Translations under genes and position numbers: made by a program
Assembly (NCBI GenBank): GCA_040220235.1
Contig: JAVJTO010000094.1
Strand: one strand, 5' to 3'
DNA from: Coleofasciculus sp. B1-GNL1-01
GTDB taxonomy: Bacteria > Cyanobacteriota > Cyanobacteriia > Cyanobacteriales > Coleofasciculaceae
Length of the DNA: 64,000 bases
Shown here: positions 51,289-63,200 of the stretch, in pieces
How the letters are laid out: each line of letters begins with the position of its first letter
How positions within the stretch are numbered: the stretch's first letter is position 1
Notes under the pieces: generated by a model
Told to the model about the DNA's origin: nothing
Databases searched by the model: none
The model's input: the letters and a program-made list of their open reading frames with translations, nothing else

Positions 51289-53340
51289 ATGTCACAATCA
51301 TCTACGACATCAACGTCCCAGCCTGTTCCCGTATCATCTACCCTGGCACAGTTACCCAGTGGTATCCTCCTGTTCCCCGGTGTGATTGGGGCAATCATTT
51401 TAGGACTCATTGCCACGTTATGGGCATACAAACTGGTTTACAAAATCACTCCCAATAACGAAGCCTTTGTCAGAACCGGTGGCTTTTTTGTTAAACAGAA
51501 AAAAGTCATTTTGTATGGCGGTTGTGCCGTGTGGCCCGGTTTCCATGAACTCACTCGTGTCCCTTTACGGGAAATTTCTATTGATGTGGAACGCACCGGA
51601 AACTTAGCCGTTCGCACTCAAGACTACCTGCGGGCAAATATGCGGGCAACTTTTTATGTCTGTATTAACGCCGATAAAGACGACGTGTTAACCGCTGCTG
51701 CCCGACTCTCCAAACAAGGACGAGTTTCCACGGAAGATATTAAAGAAGCCCTCGAAAAACGGGCAGATGATGCCATTCGCGCCTCGGCGAAGAAGAAGAG
51801 TTTAGCCGAAATTGATTCTGATAAATTAGGGTTTGCGGATGAAGTTTTAAACCTGATTCAACCTGACCTAAAAAAAGTCGGATTAACCCTAAATAATATC
51901 GCCATTTCTGAAATCGAAGAAAGCGATACCTACGATACCAATAACTTCTTCGACGCCCAAGGAGTCCGCCTGCGAACCGAAACCATTCAACGCTCCATTC
52001 AACAAAAACGGGAGGTTGAACTGAGTACCCAGGTCAGAATTGAACAGCAGGAACTCGATGCCCAGAAGCAATCCCTGCGAATCGCCAGAGAAAAAGAAGA
52101 CGCCACTCTAGGACAACAACTCGAAGTTGAATCCCTAAAATCCCAGCGACAACGAGAAATTCAAGAAGCCAAAGACCGAGAAGCCGCCGCCATACAACGG
52201 ACAAAAATTTTACAAGATAAGTCCGTTGAAGAAGAAGAAATTCGCCGCAAACTCTCGGTTCAAGAAAACCAAATTCAGGCTGATATTGCCCTAGAAGAAC
52301 GGAGTAAACAGCTAAAAGTCGCCCAAACCACCCAAAAACAGGAAGCCGAAATCGCCGAAATTACCCGTCAGCAAACCGTCGATTCCTCCCGCCTAGAAGC
52401 CCAAGTCCGGGTAGCTGAAGCCGAACGTTTGTCAAAAGTGGCAAAACAGGAAGCGGCGGTTGCTATTGCCAATAAAGAACGAGAACGCTTTGCCGCTGAA
52501 GCCGAACGCGCCCAAGCGGAATCCGGTGTGGTTACGGCGACAGAGATTGAAAAAGCGGAACGGGAAAAACGCTTATCCCTAATTTCAGCAGAACAAGAGG
52601 CAGAAAAACGACGAATTGCTGACCAAAACGTTGTCGAAATCGATGTTTTCCGTCGTCGTCGTCAAGCCGAAATTGCCCGTCAAGCGGCAGAATTAGAAGC
52701 CGAATCCATCCGCACCTTAGCCCAAGCGAATCGGGATAAAGCCTTAGCTGAAGCCGAAGGAAAACGGGCAATCATTGAAGCCGAGAATACCTTAAGTGAC
52801 TCCAAGTTAAGCGCCCAAGTACTGACCACAATTTGGCCCGATTTAGTCGATAAACTGCCAGAAATCGCCAAAGCCTTAGCACCACAACCGGGAATTTTAG
52901 GTGATACCCGAATTTTTGCGTTTCCTGGGATGAATGGCAGTAATGGCAATGGTAAGGGTAATGGCATGGGTGATATTAACAAACTCTTACTCTCAACCAG
53001 TGGCTTGTCGTTAATTAATACGCTTTTGGATGAAGGGAAACTAGGCACGTTAATTGGTCAAGTAAGTCAGTTGGTGCGGAATAATCCGACTCAAACGGGA
53101 GAAAATGGCAATCCGAAGCCGTCAGAGTCTTCAGCCGAATCCGAGACGCCCGCCTTAGTCAAACGACAAACCCCGCCACCACCGCCCCCATCCAAATCTC
53201 CCGGACAACGACAACCCTCGTCCTCAGCCGCGAAACTGGTCGAACCCTCTCAGGTTAAGAGTGATGAGGGTTCCACGCCACCGCATCGGACATCTGGGTC
53301 AAAGAGCGATCGCGAAGACCCCAGAACCCGTCATAATTGA
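51289..53340 (+). CDS. Flotillin-family (SPFH) protein
   Basis: TM helix, EAFVRTG, NNFFDAQG and a long AEA-rich coiled coil. Confidence 0.92.
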   Translation: MSQSSTTSTSQPVPVSSTLAQLPSGILLFPGVIGAIILGLIATLWAYKLVYKITPNNEAFVRTGGFFVKQKKVILYGGCAVWPGFHELTRVPLREISIDVERTGNLAVRTQDYLRANMRATFYVCINADKDDVLTAAARLSKQGRVSTEDIKEALEKRADDAIRASAKKKSLAEIDSDKLGFADEVLNLIQPDLKKVGLTLNNIAISEIEESDTYDTNNFFDAQGVRLRTETIQRSIQQKREVELSTQVRIEQQELDAQKQSLRIAREKEDATLGQQLEVESLKSQRQREIQEAKDREAAAIQRTKILQDKSVEEEEIRRKLSVQENQIQADIALEERSKQLKVAQTTQKQEAEIAEITRQQTVDSSRLEAQVRVAEAERLSKVAKQEAAVAIANKERERFAAEAERAQAESGVVTATEIEKAEREKRLSLISAEQEAEKRRIADQNVVEIDVFRRRRQAEIARQAAELEAESIRTLAQANRDKALAEAEGKRAIIEAENTLSDSKLSAQVLTTIWPDLVDKLPEIAKALAPQPGILGDTRIFAFPGMNGSNGNGKGNGMGDINKLLLSTSGLSLINTLLDEGKLGTLIGQVSQLVRNNPTQTGENGNPKPSESSAESETPALVKRQTPPPPPPSKSPGQRQPSSSAAKLVEPSQVKSDEGSTPPHRTSGSKSDREDPRTRHN

Positions 53341-53471
53341 GGCAGAGTAGCTCCAGGAGCAGGACTGTAGGGGCGGGTTTTACTGATAACGTTTTGCCAC
53401 AAACCGATAACTTGACTAAACCCGCCCTTCTAGGGGATCAGAGGAGACATAAGAAGATGAGCTTTCTAGAA

Positions 53472-53564
53472 TTCCCTGTTCCCTGTTCCCTGTTCCCTGT
53501 TCCCTGTTCCCTGTTCCCTGTTCCCTGTTCCCTAACAAATGACAAATGACCAATGACCAATGAC
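53472..53564. repeat. Heptamer arrays (TTCCCTG)x8+ followed by (MAATGAC)x4
   Basis: Directly visible STRR-type tandem repeats. Confidence 0.92.
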
Positions 53565-53619
53565 AAAGAACAAAATTTGATACCCTAGCTTAAATAGTCT
53601 TGGGAACGAATAGAGAAGC

Positions 53620-54783
53620 GTGGATATTCAAATTGGGCGAGGTAAGACAGCTCGCAGAGCTTATGGCATCGATGAAATCGCATTAGTCCCCGGACAACGG
53701 ACGCTAGACCCTAATTTGGCAGACACCCGTTGGCGTTTGGGGAGCATCGAACGAGAAATTCCGATCATTGCCAGTGCGATGGACGGCGTGATTGATGTGC
53801 GAATGGCAGTTCTCCTATCTGAGATGGGAGCGCTAGGGGTTTTAAACCTCGAAGGCATTCAAACCCGTTATGCTGACCCTGCTCCGATATTAGAGCGAAT
53901 CACCTCCGTGGGTAAATCAGAATTCGTTAATCTGATGCAGGAGTTGTACGCCGAACCGATTAAACCGGAATTAATCAGCCAGCGAATTCAGGAAATTAAA
54001 GACCAAGGTGGGATTGCGGCGGTGAGTGCTACACCAGCAGGCGCGATGAAATACGGTGAAATTGTCGCCTCAGCGGGTGCTGATTTATTCTTCATACAAG
54101 CCACTGTGGTGTCCACGGCTCACCTGTCACCCGAGTCAGTTACTCCTCTAGATTTAGCCCAGTTCTGCCAGGATATGCCAATGCCCGTGGTTTTGGGCAA
54201 TTGTGTCACCTACGAAGTTGCCCTGAATTTAATGAAAGCAGGTGCAGCAGCGATATTAGTGGGAATTGGTCCGGGTGCCGCTTGTACCTCGCGGGGCGTT
54301 CTGGGTGTGGGAGTCCCCCAGGCGACGGCGGTGGCGGATTGTGCAGCAGCCCGTGATGATTATCATCAAGAGACGGGTAATTATGTGCCAGTTATTGCTG
54401 ATGGTGGGCTAATTACTGGGGGAGATATCTGTAAATGTATCGCTTGTGGCGCAGATGCGGTGATGATTGGTTCTCCTCTGGCTCGTGCCAAAGAAGCCCC
54501 AGGACGCGGATTTCACTGGGGAATGGCAACGCCTAGCCCAGTTCTGCCACGAGGAACGCGCATCCAAGTTGGGAGTACGGGAACATTACAGGAAATTCTG
54601 ATTGGACCTGCCCAACTGGATGATGGCACTCACAATCTTTTAGGTGCGCTGAAAACCAGTATGGGAACTTTGGGCGCTAAAGACCTGAAAGAAATGCAGC
54701 AAGTGGAGGTCGTGATTGCCCCATCCCTGCTCACCGAAGGGAAAGTTTACCAGAAAGCGCAACAGTTGGGAATGGGTAAATAA
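53620..54783 (+). CDS. guaB: GuaB3-family IMP dehydrogenase-related protein
   Basis: [21 protein letters not shown] and AVMIGS; GTG start. Confidence 0.95.
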   Translation: MDIQIGRGKTARRAYGIDEIALVPGQRTLDPNLADTRWRLGSIEREIPIIASAMDGVIDVRMAVLLSEMGALGVLNLEGIQTRYADPAPILERITSVGKSEFVNLMQELYAEPIKPELISQRIQEIKDQGGIAAVSATPAGAMKYGEIVASAGADLFFIQATVVSTAHLSPESVTPLDLAQFCQDMPMPVVLGNCVTYEVALNLMKAGAAAILVGIGPGAACTSRGVLGVGVPQATAVADCAAARDDYHQETGNYVPVIADGGLITGGDICKCIACGADAVMIGSPLARAKEAPGRGFHWGMATPSPVLPRGTRIQVGSTGTLQEILIGPAQLDDGTHNLLGALKTSMGTLGAKDLKEMQQVEVVIAPSLLTEGKVYQKAQQLGMGK

Positions 54784-54841
54784 AATGTTTGGGGTTGACA
54801 AACTGCCCCAAACCCCACTGATGTAAGTTAACATAGAAAAA

Positions 54842-54912
54842 GCGGAGACGCATGTTTCCGTTCACTCCTCACACCACACTCCGCCCGGACTATGTTCGGG
54901 CGGTTCCTTTTT
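54842..54912 (+). ncRNA. yfr1: Yfr1 small RNA
   Basis: ACTCCTCACAC core (54864-54874) between a 5' hairpin (GCGGAGAC/GTTTCCGT) and a terminator hairpin (CCGCCCGGAC/GTTCGGGCGG + T-tract), in the canonical guaB-trxA location. A TAACAT -10-like box lies at 54829. Confidence 0.93.
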
Positions 54913-55074
54913 CAGCGTTAAGCTCTAATGTCACGACATTTTAACATGTTAATCGATTAAATGTGACGATTTATGTCTAAATATATACTTTTTTTGCAGG
55001 GGAACGCTCAGTTTTCTCTGTGGTAAAATATCCCAAGACACATAGAAAATAGTTACACGCAAGGATTTCCAGGC

Positions 55075-55398
55075 ATGTCAACAGCCGTAGCAGTTACAGA
55101 CGCCAGTTTTAAGCAAGACGTCCTAGATAGTGACGTTCCCGTTTTAGTAGATTTTTGGGCACCTTGGTGCGGTCCATGTCGGATGGTCGCCCCTGTGGTA
55201 GATGAAATCGCCCAACAATACGAAGGTCAGATTAAAGTTGTGAAGCTCAACACTGACGAAAATCCCAATGTAGCCAGTCAGTATGGGATTCGTAGCATTC
55301 CCACCTTAATGATTTTTAAAGGAGGACAACGAGTTGATATGGTTGTGGGTGCAGTTCCGAAAACGACGCTAGCAAACACTCTAGAAAAATATCTCTAA
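55075..55398 (+). CDS. trxA: Thioredoxin (m-type)
   Basis: WCGPC active site and GIRSIPT. Confidence 0.98.
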   Translation: MSTAVAVTDASFKQDVLDSDVPVLVDFWAPWCGPCRMVAPVVDEIAQQYEGQIKVVKLNTDENPNVASQYGIRSIPTLMIFKGGQRVDMVVGAVPKTTLANTLEKYL

Positions 55399-55412
55399 TC
55401 CCTAATCAGTTA

Positions 55413-55439
55413 AGCCTTAAGCCGAATCGGGTTAAGGCT
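55413..55439 (+). terminator. Hairpin downstream of trxA
   Basis: AGCCTTAAGCCGA / TCGGGTTAAGGCT imperfect stem, without a strong U-tract. Confidence 0.5.
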
Positions 55440-55712
55440 AGTTAGGCTTGCAGGCGCGAGAAGTCGCTACAGCTACAAAAAGCCTGTAAGCTCTCGATTA
55501 GGTTGGCAAACATAACCCAAAAGCCAGAAAAGCGGTGAAAAGCCGTGTAAATTGCCAATTTTGAAATCATTATAAAAATCAGCAAGTTGGCAACTTGAGT
55601 TTATATCTAGTCCCCCAACTACTATAATTACCCGTTTTTCTATCATAAATCCGGATTAAGACACTGCCACTTGTACTATGTAAGTGTCTAAATCTATAGA
55701 CTTTACTAAGTC

Positions 55713-56531
55713 ATGACTAGGATACCTATATCGCCTCAACCGATTAAACGTGTTGTGGCGATCGCATCAGTCGTGGTTGGTTGTCTGGTTAGTCCGATTC
55801 CGACTCACTCTCAACCGACCAACTCAGCGAGTAATACTCCCTCGCTGCAAGATATGCTTGAGTTTAATCTGGATCTCTCGGGTCGGGGAAGCCCCCGTTC
55901 CGGTAATCGCACGGGTGGCGCGAGTCGGAGTTTGTGTGGGGGAAGTCAATCTGGAGAATCTCTGTTCGCCCTGATTCCCGATACCAATGTGGGATTAACG
56001 GTAGAGGAACATCCCACCTTCTGGTTCTATATTCCTGATGGCGCGAATACATTCGACTCGATGAAATTTGCCCTCTGGAGTGATCAGGGTGAGAAAGTGT
56101 ACGAAACCACCTATCCTGTGACGAATGCCCTACCCGGTGTGATTAGTATCTCTTTACCGCCAACCCTACCCGCGCTAAAGGAAAACCAATACTACAACTG
56201 GATTTTTACCGTTTACTGTGAAGATCCCCAAGCAGCGATTGTTCGCACTGATCCCCGACGAGTCCGAGTTAGAGGTTCCATCCAACGTGTTCCCGTAACG
56301 GCTGAACTCCAACAAGGATTGAATCGGGCGTTAACTCCCCGCGATCGCGCCGTTGTTTTAGCCCGAAATGGGATTTGGTTTGACCCTCTCACCCTGATCG
56401 GCAATCTTCGCCGTACTCAGACAGCCAATTACGCCCTGGCGATGGATTGGAGTAACTTGTTAGAGGATATTGAACTCGACGCGATCGCATCCAAACCCAT
56501 TACTGAATGCTGTAGTGCTTTGGCTCAGTGA
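55713..56531 (+). CDS. DUF928 domain protein with signal peptide
   Basis: RTGGASR, ALIP...GLT..EHPTFWFYIP, Y.W, GIWFD and W..LL..I.L. Confidence 0.9.
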   Translation: MTRIPISPQPIKRVVAIASVVVGCLVSPIPTHSQPTNSASNTPSLQDMLEFNLDLSGRGSPRSGNRTGGASRSLCGGSQSGESLFALIPDTNVGLTVEEHPTFWFYIPDGANTFDSMKFALWSDQGEKVYETTYPVTNALPGVISISLPPTLPALKENQYYNWIFTVYCEDPQAAIVRTDPRRVRVRGSIQRVPVTAELQQGLNRALTPRDRAVVLARNGIWFDPLTLIGNLRRTQTANYALAMDWSNLLEDIELDAIASKPITECCSALAQ

Positions 56532-57290
56532 TTCCCACATTGGCATAGTGGTTCTCAATTGAGAATTATCAATTACCCTGTCCTCTAACGAAGGTTGCTT
56601 GTCTTCCATCGTCGCCAAAAACCGCTATCTCTACTGGATGTTCCTAATTCCACGTTAAACACGAGATATCAGCGACTTGATTCGAGCCTGTAAGACCCCG
56701 CTACACTATCTCGTTCGATCAGTCCCTCATTTTTGCACTTTGGCTGTTCTCATCTACCAGAAACAGCTTATCGCCCCTAATTTTAATTCGATAGCCGCCT
56801 GACCCTTAAACCAGTGTGCTATAAAGAAGTAGATTGGATATTTTCTCAAGTACTAGGTGGTGTATCACTAAATACTGTGGCTTTCTTGCCCAAGGGTTTA
56901 GTATTTTGTTGTCATTGGAGAATATAGGTTGGTGGCTAACCCTAATTGAGTCATCTCGGCAAAGGAATTCCGGCTTCTGAATTTCTTTGATAGGCATGGT
57001 ATTGAACTCATGCCTAGGTTCACCATAGCTAAAACCAATAACAGATAACTTAACCCTGGAAAGGGGAGTGATATCATCCAGATTGATTATTCAGATACTT
57101 TCGACGATAATTCAACCGCAATAGTTTTGGTGTCTCTTTAAAATTCAACGTATCATTTGATAGCTGAGTAATCGTATTGGGATTCGGTGCGGCTTCTAAT
57201 TTGGACTTGCCTTATTTAGGGTTGAGTGGAATCCTGTCTGTCAAGTCCTATACATCAGTTCTATCTATTCCACGGAGTTTTGTAGCCCCT

Positions 57291-60200
57291 ATGATTAATT
57301 CTGCAATGAAAGGAGCAATTCTGCTGTTGGCTACTTTACCTTTTTTGGGTGTTACCAGCATACAGCCAACTCAGGCGACTTCAATCCCTCTCAAGGTGGA
57401 TAAAACAGACGTACCGATTGTTCCTCAGTTTAAGCCTAGCTCTCTATTAACAAACACTTCAGTTACTCAGAATACTTTTGCTAAAGATTCTATTGTAACC
57501 AAGGAAGCCACACAGATCAACCCCCCAAGTCTAATCATGGCTCAGTCCGTTACTGGGGCAGGTGATGAGTTAGGGACCACGGTTGAGCAAGACGGTAACC
57601 AATTTAACATCGACGGTGGCACACTTTCCGGAGATAGGGAAAATCTCTTTCACAGTTTCCAAGACTTTGGTCTTTCCGCTGGTGAAATTGCCAATTTTAT
57701 TTCTAATCCTGAAATTCGCAATATCTTGGGGCGGGTAGTTAGTGGGGAAGCTTCAATTATTAATGGTTTGATTCAAGTTACCGGGGGCAACTCGAATTTA
57801 TTTTTAATGAATCCGGCGGGGATTGTATTTGGGGCGAATGCCAGTTTAAATGTCCCCGCGTCGTTTACAGCTACAACCGCGACAGGAATTGGTTTTGCGG
57901 GAGATCAGTGGTTCAATGTCTTTAGTGAAAATAACTATCAAACGTTAATCGGTAATCCCAATCAGTTTGCCTTTGATTTAGCTCAACCCGCAACCCTAAT
58001 TAATGCTGGCAATCTAGCCGTATCAGAAGGGCATAATTTAACCCTACTGGCGGGAAATACGATTAATACCGGGCAACTGACTGCACCGGGCGGCACCATT
58101 ACAATGGCGGCTGTACCGGAATCCAATCGGGTACGGATCAGTCAACCGGGACAATTATTAAGTTTAGAAATTGTACCATCTACCAATGAGAATGGGGAGA
58201 TAGAGGCAATTGATCCCTTGGATTTACCAACGCTGCTGACGGGTACAGAGGAAAGCGTAGAGACGGGATTAACCGTTACGGATACAGGTCAAGTACAGCT
58301 TCAGGAGTCTGGTATCACTGTACCCGCAGACGCCGGGGTTGCGATCGCCTCTGGCACTCTGGATGTGTCTCATGAGTCTCCCACTGTCGATTCCCAGTCG
58401 GTGAATGTGTTTGGCAACAAAGTGGGTGTATTTGATGCCACAATTAACGCTTCTGGGATGTATGGCGGCGGAACAGTACGACTGGGTGGTGACTATCAAG
58501 GTCAAGGTACGTTTAATGCGTCTCAAACCCTAATCAGTGAAAACTCGCTGATTACGGCTGATGCTGGGCTACAGGGGACAGGCGGTGAGGTGTTTGCTTG
58601 GGCAGATGGAGTTACGGGCTTTTATGGGACGATAAGCGCCCGTGGTGGAACGGAAGCGGGAGATGGGGGATTTATTGAAGTTTCTGGCAAAGAGTTGCTG
58701 ATTTTTACGGGTCATGCTGATGCTGGAGCATTTAACGGTCAACCGGGTGCGTTACTGCTTGATCCTAAAAATATCACGATTGGAGACGCCAATTCACCCT
58801 TAGCAATACGCTTTAATCCGACGACTTCATCAACAGAAAATCAGTTTGGTTATTCAGTTGCGGCGCTAGGTTCAGACGTACTCGTAGGTGATCCGGGATA
58901 TGACGAAGGCGGGCAGAACGACGTAGGTATTACTTATTTGTTTGATGGGACTACTGGAGAAGAGATAAAACAATTCTTGAGTCCCAATTCAACAGCAAAT
59001 GGTCGATTCGGTTTTGCTGTAGCTGGGATGGAATCAGACAAGGTTATTGTTGGTGCGCCGGGAGAAAACAACAACAACGGAAGGGTTTATTTATTTGATC
59101 GGGATGGGATACTACAGCGATCATTCGACAACCCAAATTCCTCGATAGCTGAAGGTAACACTCAATTCGGCTTCGGCTATTCCGTCGCCGCCGTGGGGTC
59201 AAATGTTTTGGTCGGCTCTCCAGGAGATGATACCCAAGGAACAGATACAGGTGCGGCTTATTTATTCGAGGGCAATACGGGGACTCGACTGCACGACTTC
59301 TTCAGCCCTAATCCTACGGGTTCGCCCACCAATAACGGTCGATTTGGCTATTCAGTCGCTGGGGTGGATTCAAATGTGCTAGTGGGAGCACCTGGAGACA
59401 ATATAGGGGTAGAAGGCAATATCATAACTGGAGGTGCTGCCTATCTATTTAATAGCAACAGTGGAGATCTAATCGAAACATTTACGAGTCCAAACGCTAC
59501 AGACACCGGGGAGTTCGGGATTTCAGTAGCCGCGATGGGTTCACAAATACTCGTGGGCGCCCCTGGTGATAATCTTGGACAAGGAGTTCAAGGTGCTGCC
59601 TATTGGTTTAATCAGGATGGCGAGTTGCAAAACACTTTTTCTAGTCCCAATGCTGATAACGGTCAATTTGGTACTTCAGTAGCAGCAGTAGAATCGGCGG
59701 AGTCTGCATTAGGGTTTAACGTTGTAGTCAGTGCCCCCGGAGAAAATGCAACCTATTTGTATGAACCCCTGCCAGATTCGGACACGGGACTTTTGTGGCA
59801 AACCTTTCTCAAGCCCTCGGAGTCACCTAGCAATTTTGGTAATGCAGTTGCTGGGGTAGAAAGAAACGTGGTGGTGGGAGCGCCAGGAGGTATGAACGAT
59901 GAAGGCGAGATTTATTTGTTTGGCTCCAGCTTCGAGTTTGATGATAATCCCAACCAATCTGTGACTATCGATGTCGCCACTATTACCAACATTACTAACA
60001 CGGGAACCGAAATTGAGTTTCAGGCAAACAATGACATCACTGTCAAGAAACCAATTACCACTAACAATCAGAACGGAACTGGAGGATCACTGAAATTAAG
60101 AGCAGGTCGAAGTATTTTTGTCAATGCTAATATCACCACAGATGATGGAAATTTAACCTTAATTGCCAATGATAGTAATGCTATCGATGATTTTCGTGAG

Positions 60201-63200
60201 GACGGTAAAGCTTTTATAGAGATAGAAGATGGCTTTGCACTGAATTCGGGGAATGGCGATATATATCTTCAACTCGATACAGGGGGAGAAAGGGGAGATA
60301 TTAATGTTCGGGGTGAGATTATTACTGAGAACGGAGATCTGGTTGTAGAACACAATAATTCTACAGGTGGAAATGTCAATATTGGAGAAACGGCAACGAT
60401 TAAGGTTGTTGGAGATGTTGATATGAACACGAGTGGCGGTAATATTCTTACCAGTGGTAATGTGGCTACCACTAACGGTGAAGTTAGTTTCGCGACTCAA
60501 GGTGGTGACATAGAAATTCAAAATGGGGGTAATGTTTCTACCAATGCTGGTGAGATTAATTTCGCTAGTCAAGGTGGCAATATAGAAATTCAGAATGGGG
60601 GTGATGTTTCTACTAATGGGGATGAGATTCGTTTCATTACTCAGGGTGGAACGATTCAGGTTGATCCGGCGTTCAATTTGACGGGTGAAACGTTCCTGTC
60701 TACAGGTGATGGAACGGGAGATATTCTGTTTAATAATCGTCTTGATGGGACGCAAAATCTCACGCTTACGGCGGGAACGGGTAATGTGAGCTTTGAGGGA
60801 CAAGTAGGTAGCGGTACACCTCTGGGAAACCTGACGATTGCTAGTGCGGGAAATGTGACGGCAAAAGACGCGATCGCAGCCTCTAGCTTTACGCATCAAT
60901 CGGGAACTGGCACAATTAATTTGGCAAATCTTCGAGATATTCAAATCCTGGATGGGGATTTCAGCCTAAATACTACGAATACCCTGACTGTCGGTAATAT
61001 TACAGCAACTGATGGCAAGGTAGAACTGAGTGCCAATAGTAGCCTAACCACCGAAAATATCACCACTTCTGGTGACACCATTAATCTCACCAGTCAAGGC
61101 GAAGAAGTCACGAGTGGTAACTTGGATTCCGGTGGTGGCAATGTGGGAGTGAGTGCTAATAGTAACCTGAACACAGAAGATATCATCACCTCTGGCGGCA
61201 CAATTAATCTCACCAGTACACAGGGAGAAATCAATAGTGGTAACTTGGATTCCGGTAGTGGCAATGTAGACGCAACTGCTAGTAATAATCTGAACACAGC
61301 AAATATCACCACCTCTGGCGGCACAATTAACCTCACCAGTACACAGGGAGAAGTCAGTAGTGATAACTTAAATTCCGGTGGTGGGAATGTAGACGCGAGT
61401 GCCAATAGTAATTTAACTACAGCAAATATCACCACCTCTGGTGGCACAATTAACCTCACCAGTAAAGACGAAGAAATTAATACGGGTGACTTAAATTCTT
61501 CTGCAGCTATTGGCGGTGATATTACTGTAAATGCAAGGATCTCGATTACCACTGAAGCCATCAATTCTAGTGGCACTGAAGGCGATGGTGGCAACGTTAC
61601 CCTCGATCCCCTGGAAGATATTACTGTCAATTCTATTAATGTCCAAGGCGGCAGCAATGGTCAAGGCGGTGATGTTGACATCACGACGCAACAATTCTTT
61701 CAAGCAACAGGAAGTTTTAGCGATCAAAATGGCATAGACGCTAGTATTTCTACGGCTGGCGGTAACGGTGGTGGTGATATTACCATTCGTCATGATGGTG
61801 GCGCAAGAAATGTGCCGTTTGTGGTAGGTGATGGAAGCAAGAATGGTACGGCACAAGCCATTACCAGTGGGGAGTTTACGATTGCACCTGTTCAGTCATT
61901 TCCAGAAAGTCATACTCTCGGTAATATCCGGATTATTACAACTGATCCTCCAACTGATCCTCCAACTAATCCAACTGATCCTCCAACTAATCCAACTGAT
62001 CTGTTAATAGAGTTTAAGAGACCGTTAGAGCGCCCTCCTACTCCTAATGCCTTGGATCAAGAGCCAATTATCAATGCTGATGTTTACAAAATTGAGCGCT
62101 TTTTTACCCAGGCATTTGAGAAACAACTGGGAATGGAGGCGGAAAAAATCCTCACCTTGGATGAAATTCGGAATCGCTTGCGTAGCATTGAGGTGGCAAC
62201 TGGGGTAAAACCTGCTGTAATTTATGGGGTTTTTGTTCCTAGCAGCACTAAATCAGAAATGGAATTAGAACTGATGTTGGTAACAGCGGATCGGGATGTT
62301 ATTACCAAGCGAGTGTCAGGGGCTAAACAGTCTGATGTCCTGAATACAGGACAGAACTTCCGTCAAGAAATTCTTGATGGTGGGTTTGGATATTTAGATG
62401 ACGCCCAACAACTGTATCAATGGATGGTAGCCCCCTTAGAAACAGATTTACAAGAAACAGGAATTGAGAATTTAGTCTTTATTCTCGATGAAGGGTTGCG
62501 CTCATTGCCCATAGCCGCTATCCATGATGGAGATAACTTTATCGTGGAGCGATATAGTGTGAGTTTGATGCCCAGTGTGAGTCTCACAGATACCCGTTAT
62601 GCCGATATTAAAACGATGCCTGTTTTGGCAATGGGTGCTTCAGATTTTCCCGATAATCCTCTTTTGGAACAATTACCAGCAGCGGCGGCTGAGGTATCGA
62701 TTCTGACCAATACCTTATGGCGTGGTCAAGCTTTTCTCAATGAGAATTTTACTGTTAACAATCTCAAGGCAAAACGCGAAGAAAAACCCTTTGGCATTAT
62801 TCACCTGGCTACCCATGCAGAATTTGAACCAGGCGCACCTAGTAATTCTTATATTCAGTTATGGGATACTAAGGTAGGAATGGACGAAGTACGTAGTTTA
62901 GGCTGGCATGATCCGGCTGTAGAATTAGTGGTATTAAGTGCTTGTCGTACTGCCTTAGGTGATCCGAGTGCCGAACTGGGGTTTGCTGGATTTGCGGCTA
63001 AAGCTGGAGTTAAATCAGTATTAGCTAGTTTATGGTACATCGAGGATTGGGGAACGTTGCCAATGATGGCAGAGTTTTACAATAATCTGGATGATGCACC
63101 GATTAAAGCGGAAGCATGGCGACGGGCGCAAGTGGCAATGATTGAAGGAAAGGTTAAGTATGAAGATAATCAATTAATTTTATCGGATAAAGCCATTGCT

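Noticed and set aside
53337..53549. 70-aa ORF with FPVPCSL repeats
   Set aside because: Translation of a REP element and the TTCCCTG heptamer array.
56569..56997. Possible decayed gene on the minus strand between DUF928 and the CHAT gene
   Set aside because: Multiple stops and no recognisable family motif, so it cannot be supported.
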